Positions 25,370 through 32,000 of a stretch of 32,000 bases of DNA are shown here, one piece after another. A model generated the notes under the pieces. That model saw nothing but the letters and a program-made list of their open reading frames with translations, searched no databases and was not told where the DNA came from. A program made the translations under genes and the position numbers. Every line of letters begins with the position of its first letter. Positions within the stretch are counted from its first letter, which is position 1. The DNA is taken from assembly GCF_000011125.1 (NCBI RefSeq), contig NC_000854.2, forward strand, positions 1,260,001 through 1,292,000, given 5' to 3'. Origin of the DNA: Aeropyrum pernix K1. GTDB taxonomy: Archaea > Thermoproteota > Thermoprotei_A > Sulfolobales > Acidilobaceae.

Positions 25370-26068
25370 TTGGGCGGGAAAACTGTGGTCTCGTGGAGCG
25401 GCGGCAAGGACTCCTCCCTAACCATATACTCCCTTTACCGCATGGGTTTCGACGTTGAAGGCGTGCTTGTTACAGTAGACTCCACCTCCAAGCGTGTGAC
25501 AGGCCACCGCGTACCTCTTGAGGCTGTAGAGGCTCAAGCGCGTGCGGCTGGTCTAGAGCTTCACATAGCCTGGCTTCCAGGGGATCTACCCAGCGAGGAG
25601 GTCTACCGCTCCATAGTCCTTGAAACACTTAGGGAGCTTAGGATGAAGGGATATAGGTACATAGGGCACGGAGACGTCTTTCTCTGGGACATGATAGAGT
25701 ATAAGAGGAGGCTGGCTGAGAAGGCCGGTCTAGAGGCTGTATACCCGCTTGTAGGCTTCGGCTCGCGGGGTGTTGTCGAGGCTTTCTTCACGCTGGGCTT
25801 CGAAGCCTTGGTTGTCTCAGTCGACACTGCCAGGCTTCCCGGTTGGCTGGCCTGCAGCAGGTTTTCCAGGGAGTTTGTGGAGAACCTGCCGTCAACGGTA
25901 GACGTTGCGGGGGAGTACGGCGAGTTCCACACGCTCGTGTATAACGCGCCCTTTTTCCAAGAGCCTCTGAGGCCCAGTGTTGCAGGTGTTTATAGGGAGG
26001 GGTGGAGAAGCCTGTGCGAGGTTAGCCTGGGCCCTTGGAGGCGTGGAGCCTCGCTATCTCATCCATAG
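25370..26068 (+). CDS. PP-loop ATPase of the MJ0570/Dph6 (diphthine-ammonia ligase-like) family
   Basis: 232 aa. The TTG start lies 3 nt after the preceding stop. N-terminal VVSWSGGKDSSL PP-loop and ...GEYGEFHTLV... are typical of the family. Confidence 0.7.
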   Translation: MGGKTVVSWSGGKDSSLTIYSLYRMGFDVEGVLVTVDSTSKRVTGHRVPLEAVEAQARAAGLELHIAWLPGDLPSEEVYRSIVLETLRELRMKGYRYIGHGDVFLWDMIEYKRRLAEKAGLEAVYPLVGFGSRGVVEAFFTLGFEALVVSVDTARLPGWLACSRFSREFVENLPSTVDVAGEYGEFHTLVYNAPFFQEPLRPSVAGVYREGWRSLCEVSLGPWRRGASLSHP

Positions 26069-27059
26069 GAGGCTCCCTGAACGTCTTAACCCTGCCCCGG
26101 CTGGAGAGCCTTAGAGCAGGCTCTCCTGACCTGGCGGCTACTCTGCCTATGAACGAGTACTCGACACCTAGCTCTTCGAGAACATACCTGGCCTCGCCAG
26201 CCTTGTCAGGAGGCACTGTGGCCAGGAGGGTGCCGCTGCTTATGAGCCGCAGAGGGTCTATGCCTAGTGCGCTGGCCACTATCCTGGTAGCCTCCCCCAC
26301 GATTATCTTATCCTCCTCCACCTCTATAACAGTCCTGGACGCCAGGGCCATCTCCACCAGGCCGCCGAGGACCCCTCCCTCCGTGGGATCGTGCATCGCC
26401 CTGACCACACCCGCCTCAGCCAGCTCTATAGCCTCCTCTACTATGCTAACCCTGGAGGCCAGCATTCTAGCCCCGGCTATAGCGTCCTCGCCGACGCCCC
26501 GGCTTCTAAGCATGTCGGCGAAGTCGGTCGCTATTATGGCTGTACCCTCAATGGCGGCTGGCTTGACCTGGAGAACCAGGTCTCCGGGCCTCGCCGCGCT
26601 GGTTGGCGTTGTGCATCCCCCACACGTTATCCCGGCTGCAGCCGCCACTATGATAGGCCTGGGTACACCTGGCGCCGCCTCAGTGTGGCCGCCTACTATC
26701 TCGACGCCTATTTCCTCGGCCGCCCTAACAGCGTCGCCGAGCAGGGAGGCGAGGCTATCCTCGCTGGAGCCCGGGGGCATGAGCACGGCAAGCATTTCCC
26801 ACCTGGGACGTGCTCCCGTGACTGCTATGTCATTGGCCGCCACGTGAACGGCTAGCCAGCCGGCGAGAGCGCCCGCCTCTGTTATGGGGTCAAGGTGCAT
26901 AACCAGGTCTATGGGACCTAGGCTGACGATGGCGGCGTCCTCTCCCACAGAGGGGCCGACGCGGGTTGATCCCGCCCTCCTCCTGCCCGCCTGCTGGAGT
27001 ATCCTGGCTAGGTTTGAGAGCGGCAGCTTCCCTATCCAGTCACCACTCTTCCCGTGCAA
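26022..27059 (-). CDS. AIR-synthase-related protein (PurM/ThiL/HypE superfamily)
   Basis: 345 aa. [12 protein letters not shown]...[12 protein letters not shown], and GGHTE motifs of the PurM fold. It lacks the HypE C-terminal Cys motif, so no finer call is made. Confidence 0.75.
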
Positions 27060-28038
27060 GCCTTGCTGCCTCCACCATATTCTTCAGCTTCGCCCTGGCC
27101 ACATCCCTGGGAAGCCTCTTGAGACCGCAGTCGGGGTCTACGTAAACCTTCTCAGGACCCACGATATCCATTTTCATCAGCCTGTCTATCGCCTCTTTAA
27201 CCTCACCTACACTCTCCACCTGGAAGCTGTGGACGTCGATAACGCCGTATCCTATCTCCTTGTCATACCCATACTCCTTCAGGTAGGGGAGGAGCCTGAA
27301 GTTGCTGTTCTTCATCTCTAGATCGAACTGGTCGACAGGGTAGTCGAGTATATAGGGTAGTATCCTCTCCAGCTCCCCGTAGCATATGTGCACTATCCTC
27401 TTGGCACCAACCCCCTTGAATATTATATCCAGGGCCTCCTTCAGCAGCTCTGCCTCCTCTTTGAAGGGCCTGGTGGAGAGGGCGGGCTCGTCGACCTGTA
27501 TGTACTCTGCGCCGCGGGCGAGCGCCTCATCTATCTCCCTCCTTATAGCCCTGGCGAGGTCGAATATGAGTTCCCTCCTGTCTCCATAGTGGAGGTCGAA
27601 ACTCCACTCCAGCATAGTGTAGGGCCCGGTTATTATGAACTTCACCGGCCTTCCGGCGCTTATGCTCCGCGCGTACTCCCAATCCTCTATTATCATCGGC
27701 CTTACCCACCTTACCCTCCCTGCGACTATGGGCTTCCTGAAGTACACGTTGTCGAACACTCTGACCCAATCTCCCTCCCTATAGCCCTCAAGCCTCTCCG
27801 CGAAATACACAACCATGTCCTCCCTCGTCTGCTCGCCGTCGCTTATGATATCGACTCCAGCCCAGATGTAGTCCTCTACCACCATCCTTATAGACTCCCT
27901 CGCAATCCTGTGGAACTCCTCCTCGCTAATCTCCCCTGCCCTCCTCTTCTTAATGGCCTCGGAGGCAGGCCCTATCTTCGGGTAGCTACCCACTACTGTA
28001 GTTGGGAACTTCTTGGGCACTGAATAGCTGTGGGACAC
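27040..28038 (-). CDS. metE: Cobalamin-independent methionine synthase, catalytic (MetE C-terminal-domain-like) subunit
   Basis: 332 aa. TTVVGSYPK, Zn ligands in IVHICYGE and DPDCGLK. Confidence 0.85.
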
Positions 28039-28040
28039 CG

Positions 28041-29060
28041 CTACTCACCCCCCGCAACAGCTATTTGGGCGCCAAGCTTTTCTGCTAGAGCATATGTGTA
28101 GCGGCCGAGGAGCGCGGTCTTCCTGAGGGCGTACCTGTATGGTATGAGATCAAGCCACGTCGACGTTGTTAGTATAATCTTCTCCGGCTTCACGCTCTCC
28201 ACAATCCTTCTGACTGGCGCCTCGACCTTCTCTAGGCTTTCACTATATATGCTGCGCGCATCTATAACCCCCAGTGCCAACCCCTCCCCCGCACCCTTAC
28301 CAGTTATAACCTCTAACCCCTTCGACCCTGCCGCCACTAGATCAACCATTAGGTAGTCCACCCTAGCTTCTAGCAGCGCCTCGTAGACCTCGGGCTTGGG
28401 AGGGTAGAAGTATACGGATAACATTGTTTCGGCGCTCCCTGACCTCGAAGCTATGACCCCTGCCAGCTCTGCGGCGAGCAGTGCATGGTCCCTAGTAGCC
28501 TTTGGCTCTGAGAGGATAGGCTCGTCTACCTGGACAAAGCCGGCTCCCGCCTTAACAGCCTTCTCAACCTCGTCAGCCAGAAGGTTAGCTATAGCTTCAG
28601 CCAGCTCCTCGTCTGATATGCCGGACTCGTTCCTCGACATTAGGGTGAAGGTCACGGGCCCCGGCACAACAACCTTGAGCTTCGCAGGCTCAGCAACCTG
28701 GGAGTAGGAGAGAACCCTAGGCGCCAGCACAGGATCAGTCGGCTCCGGCTCTCCCGTGAAAAGCGGTATGCGGTAGAAGAAGTTATTGTCGAAATACCTC
28801 AGGAGGCCTGTGGGGGTTACGTTCCTCCACGCTTCTGCGAACGGCCTAAATATGTCGTGCCAGTCTAGCATCCCGTCGACAACATAAGGGAAACCCTGCG
28901 AAACCTGGGCTCCTATGACTGCTGAGGAGGCCTGGTTCAGAACCCCCATCAGCTCTACAGCCGATATCTCACCCTGCTCCAGCCTCCTTAAAGCCCTCCT
29001 GACATACCTGCTCCTGGGATAACCCCCCAGGACCTGGCCCTGGATAATCATTACAAACAC
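28041..29060 (-). CDS. MetE-like paralogue (N-terminal-domain equivalent), lacking Zn ligands
   Basis: 339 aa with the same (beta/alpha)8-like pattern (GGYPRS..., VVPGPVT, VQVDEP). The His-x-Cys and DCG positions are replaced by SVYFYP and TSTWLD. Confidence 0.7.
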   Translation of the reverse strand: MFVMIIQGQVLGGYPRSRYVRRALRRLEQGEISAVELMGVLNQASSAVIGAQVSQGFPYVVDGMLDWHDIFRPFAEAWRNVTPTGLLRYFDNNFFYRIPLFTGEPEPTDPVLAPRVLSYSQVAEPAKLKVVVPGPVTFTLMSRNESGISDEELAEAIANLLADEVEKAVKAGAGFVQVDEPILSEPKATRDHALLAAELAGVIASRSGSAETMLSVYFYPPKPEVYEALLEARVDYLMVDLVAAGSKGLEVITGKGAGEGLALGVIDARSIYSESLEKVEAPVRRIVESVKPEKIILTTSTWLDLIPYRYALRKTALLGRYTYALAEKLGAQIAVAGGE

Positions 29061-29225
29061 CCCAGCCGCATGGTCTGACAGTAGTTGTTCGCCTGTGGGG
29101 GGATAAAGATATTTCTTGGGAGAGTACTGTTGGGGCTGTGGATGTAGACGCCGGATAAGCCTCTTTAGCCCCGCCTACGTCTATAAGGATAACTTGGATC
29201 CCATCTGGAGGGTGCTGTCTGGGAG

Positions 29226-30395
29226 TTGCCTGCCAATCTGCCTCCCGAGGCTAAGGCTAAGCTCGCCAAATACAGTGACGCCAGGAGTGTGGAGGAGAAG
29301 ATACAAGCCTTAGAGGAGTTTATAAGCGCCGTGCCGAAGCACAAGGGAACCGAGAACCTACTCCTCTGGGCCAGGAGAAGGCTGGCCGAGCTTAGGGAAG
29401 AGCTTGAAGAGAAGAGGAAGAGGCGTGTAGGCGGTGGGCCGAGCTTCTTCGTCGAGAAGAGCGGCGCAGGCCAGGCAGTTCTAATAGGCCCTCCTAACTC
29501 GGGGAAGAGCAGCATTCTCGCCGCCCTGACTAACGCGAAGCCCGAGGTAGCCGACTACCCCTTCACCACGCGCATGCCCCGGGCGGGCATGCTGCCCTAC
29601 GAAGATATACAGTTTCAAATAGTCGACACGCCCCCGCTGCTGCCGGGGAGCGGCTCCTCGGTTAACAATAGAGTTTTAGGCCTGGCTAGGAACGCCGACG
29701 CCATAATACTGGTGTTCTCCCTGGACGACCCTAACCTGGTTGAGACTATAGACGCTGTGGTTAGGGAGGTTGAGGATAGGGGTATAGTCATCACCAGGAG
29801 GCGAGGGTTGGCGAGGATCATGAAGTCCCGGGAGGTTACTGGCGTTAGGATAGAGGGGCCCGGGCGTCTTACCGATGCTACGGAGGATGACGTTAGGAGG
29901 CTGCTATCGCAGTATAGGATATACAACGCCATAGTATATATTGAGGGCGATGTGAGCCTTGACGATGTTGAATCGGCAGTATACATTAACCTCGTCAGGA
30001 AGCCTGCCCTAGCCATACTGAATAAGGCGGACCTGCCGGGGGCTCGGGAAGCTGCGGAGCCAGCTGTCAAGAGGCTAGGCGAGATAGGCATCGACACCAT
30101 AGTAGCCTCAGCCCTGAGGGGCGACGGCCTCGGTGAGATCGCCCCTAGGCTCTTCAGGATGCTTGATATAGTCAGGGTGTATACTAAGCAGCCTAACAAG
30201 GAGCCGGATAAGGACCCCCTCGTGCTACACCGGGGCTCTACCGTGATGGACGTTGCCAAACACATTCACAAGGACCTGGTGAGGAGGTTCAAGTACGCCA
30301 GGGTGTGGGGTAAGAGTGTTAAGTACCCCGGCCAGAGGGTGGGGCCGGAGCATGTTGTGGAAGACGGGGATATTGTTGAGATACATGTGAGGTGA
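29226..30395 (+). CDS. drg: DRG-family (Obg-like) GTPase with a C-terminal TGS domain
   Basis: 389 aa with a TTG start. G1 GPPNSGKSSIL, YPFTT, DTPP, NKAD. TGS segment VYTKQP...VLHRGSTVMDVAKHIHKDL...GDIVEIH. Confidence 0.9.
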   Translation: MPANLPPEAKAKLAKYSDARSVEEKIQALEEFISAVPKHKGTENLLLWARRRLAELREELEEKRKRRVGGGPSFFVEKSGAGQAVLIGPPNSGKSSILAALTNAKPEVADYPFTTRMPRAGMLPYEDIQFQIVDTPPLLPGSGSSVNNRVLGLARNADAIILVFSLDDPNLVETIDAVVREVEDRGIVITRRRGLARIMKSREVTGVRIEGPGRLTDATEDDVRRLLSQYRIYNAIVYIEGDVSLDDVESAVYINLVRKPALAILNKADLPGAREAAEPAVKRLGEIGIDTIVASALRGDGLGEIAPRLFRMLDIVRVYTKQPNKEPDKDPLVLHRGSTVMDVAKHIHKDLVRRFKYARVWGKSVKYPGQRVGPEHVVEDGDIVEIHVR

Positions 30396-31081
30396 AGTCT
30401 CACATGCAGGGCTGCAGCCTACTGCCAGTCAACCCTCTCAGGGAGGCGGTTGCCATCACGGTGCTAGCAGTTTACGTGATGCTAATAGTCGTACCGGTCT
30501 CGAGACTCCTCCATTCGGCCCTGGTTAGGAGGGGCGTTAGCGAGGAGTCTAGCAGGTATTATGTGAGGAAGTTCATACACGGGGCGGCCGGTGGTGTAGT
30601 CGCTCTTCTGGTTCCACTGGTTTTCACCAGCCCCCTGCTGCCCACGCTAGCCGCTCTAGCGCTAGCCGCTCTACTTCTGGTCCTACACGGTAGGCTCTCT
30701 TGGTTCCAGGTGTCTGGCAACATGTATGATGTCAACTTCAACATAGCCTGGGGCGCGTCCATAGCTGTTCTATGGTGTTATACCGGCGACCCCTGGACAG
30801 CCGTTCTGCCAGCCCTCTTCATAAGCTTCGGAGACGCAGCCACAGGGATAGTCAGGAACATGGTGTTCGGCCACCGCACGAAACACTGGTTGGGTAACGT
30901 AGCGATGGCCGCGGTTTCAGTGCCGATAGGGGTTGCTATAGCTGGCTGGATAGGACTTGTTGCGGCCCTCGTCTCCTCGGCGGTAGAGAAGTTTGAAGCT
31001 GGAGTTGTAGACGACAATGTCTTGATCGCCCTGTCATCAACCCTCGTTATACTGGCGGCGGCCGCTGTAGGCCAGCTCTAG
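30392..31081 (+). CDS. Integral membrane protein, polyprenol (dolichol/phytol) kinase / cytidylyltransferase-family-like
   Basis: 229 aa with about 6 TM segments. VRKFIHGAAG and FGDAATGIVRNMVFG resemble the RKxxH and GDxxAxxxG motifs of CTP-dependent polyprenol kinases. The start is GTG 30392 (GTGA overlap with drg) or ATG 30404. Confidence 0.5.
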   Translation: MKSHMQGCSLLPVNPLREAVAITVLAVYVMLIVVPVSRLLHSALVRRGVSEESSRYYVRKFIHGAAGGVVALLVPLVFTSPLLPTLAALALAALLLVLHGRLSWFQVSGNMYDVNFNIAWGASIAVLWCYTGDPWTAVLPALFISFGDAATGIVRNMVFGHRTKHWLGNVAMAAVSVPIGVAIAGWIGLVAALVSSAVEKFEAGVVDDNVLIALSSTLVILAAAAVGQL

Positions 31082-31127
31082 GGCTGCTACCCGGCAGTCC
31101 ACACTGGTTTTGAGCAGAATGCCTGCT

Positions 31128-32000
31128 CTACCCTGTCTGCCCCCCCACTTGATGTGGTCTCCGGGAATCAACGAGAACAGCCGCTCTATGCCTTTTCCTA
31201 GCCTCTCTCATCCACTCCTCCAGCTCCACGCCCCTCATACGCCTCCACCAGTCCCTCCTCCAGCTGTAAACCCCCTGGACGTCTATAGTGTAGACTCCCA
31301 TATCCTCCCCGCTACCCAGCTTGAGCCTTACCCAACCGTCTGCAGTGGAGGCTCCTGATACCCACCACCTGTTGGCCTCATCGCCTGTCGAGGGCGGAAC
31401 TATAACGTGGCTTAGGCCTCCTCCCCGGAATGTGTAGCGTTTAGTGGATAGTGGGAAAGAGGCCATATCGACTCCCACAACTGGCGTGTAGAAGTCGAGG
31501 GCCCTGGAGAGGTTTGCCTTTATCCAGTGCCCTTCCATGCTGAACATGTATGAAGGATTGATAAACAAGTCCGCCCCTCCCAGAAAAAGCTCCAAGGCGG
31601 CCTCGGGGAAACTCCAGAAGTCGGCGCACACTGCTACTCCAAGCTTGACCCCTCCTATATCGACAACCCCGTAGTCGCCACTCCACCTGTCGAAGCCCCA
31701 GAGCCTCCTCTCAAGCCTCCCAACATACCTCTTCCTCTGCCTGTACAGAGGATACCCCTCAGGCGAGTAGATGGTTGCCGTGTTATACAGCCTCCCACCC
31801 TCTCTATAGGCTATCCCCGCCACAACGTACACTCCTGAATCGGCTACTGCATCTAGAAAACCCCTTGACTCGTGGAATGGAAAATACTCGGGGAAAACCA
31901 CTATATCCGGATCCAGGCGAGAGGCCCTCGTAACCAGTCCAGCGGCTTTGAGAGGGTTTCCAGGGTGTGAGGGATCATTGTTGACTGGCGCGGGCTGGAC
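31128..32000 (-). CDS. Carbon-nitrogen hydrolase (nitrilase superfamily), 5'-truncated by the window edge
   Basis: Catalytic-triad contexts DIVVFPE (Glu), ...RQRKRY... (Lys) and VAVCADFW (Cys). The frame stays open upstream of 31901 to the window end (...NNDPSHPGNPLKAAGLVTRASRLDPDIVVFPE). Confidence 0.8.
   Translation of the reverse strand, partial: VQPAPVNNDPSHPGNPLKAAGLVTRASRLDPDIVVFPEYFPFHESRGFLDAVADSGVYVVAGIAYREGGRLYNTATIYSPEGYPLYRQRKRYVGRLERRLWGFDRWSGDYGVVDIGGVKLGVAVCADFWSFPEAALELFLGGADLFINPSYMFSMEGHWIKANLSRALDFYTPVVGVDMASFPLSTKRYTFRGGGLSHVIVPPSTGDEANRWWVSGASTADGWVRLKLGSGEDMGVYTIDVQGVYSWRRDWWRRMRGVELEEWMREARKRHRAAVLVDSRRPHQVGGQTG

Noticed and set aside
26022-27059. Calling the PurM-like protein HypE (hydrogenase maturation) or SelD.
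   Set aside because: It lacks the HypE C-terminal Cys motif and the SelD N-terminal Cys/Sec-Lys loop. No hyp genes are nearby. The call was kept at superfamily level.

Overview
GC-rich (by eye about 55-60%) archaeal chromosome segment. Genes are tightly packed, many starts are GTG or TTG, and 4-nt start/stop overlaps recur. The gene content is TFE, aMBF1, PAN, Rpo8, aTrm56, archaeosine TGT, NreA, PAC2 and archaeal-type CobT/CobY/CbiZ. Together with a 24-nt CRISPR repeat that reads ...ATTGCAAG on the minus strand, this points to a hyperthermophilic crenarchaeon. An Aeropyrum-like origin is my recollection only and is not verified.

Layout:
(i) 1-1610: tail of an unknown CDS, then a two-winged-helix gene between AT-rich, palindrome-rich spacers. 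A perfect 20-bp inverted repeat brackets most of this gene.
(ii) 1611-8184: eight co-directional minus-strand housekeeping genes: nreA, a PhoU/TrkA-C protein, a SPOUT-like protein, an orphan C5 DNA methyltransferase, tfe, trm56, hflX and mbf1.
(iii) 8322-13401: pan, rpo8, tgtA without a PUA domain, a PAC2 gene, a stand-alone PUA protein and fur.
(iv) 13480-15672: orphan ORFs running into a lower-GC island that abuts the 3' end of tRNA-Arg(CCT).
(v) 15809-17259: cysteine desulfurase and tRNA-Val(GAC).
(vi) 17299-18486: a 19-repeat CRISPR array with no cas genes anywhere in the window. The putative leader lies at 18487-18859.
(vii) 18860-26068: nine tightly coupled plus-strand genes. They form a cobamide salvage/assembly operon (cobT-like, cbiZ fused to a PgpA/CobZ-like domain, cobY, cobD, cobS, cbiB) followed by two PP-loop ATPases.
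(viii) 26022-32000: a PurM-like gene, split metE, a DRG GTPase, a polyprenol-kinase-like membrane protein and a 5'-truncated nitrilase-family gene.

I see no recognisable complete defence or mobile system. The most unexplained items are the inverted-repeat-bracketed wHTH cassette, the tRNA-Arg-adjacent low-GC island with orphan ORFs, the cas-less array, and an AsnB-type synthetase-only protein translationally coupled to cbiB.
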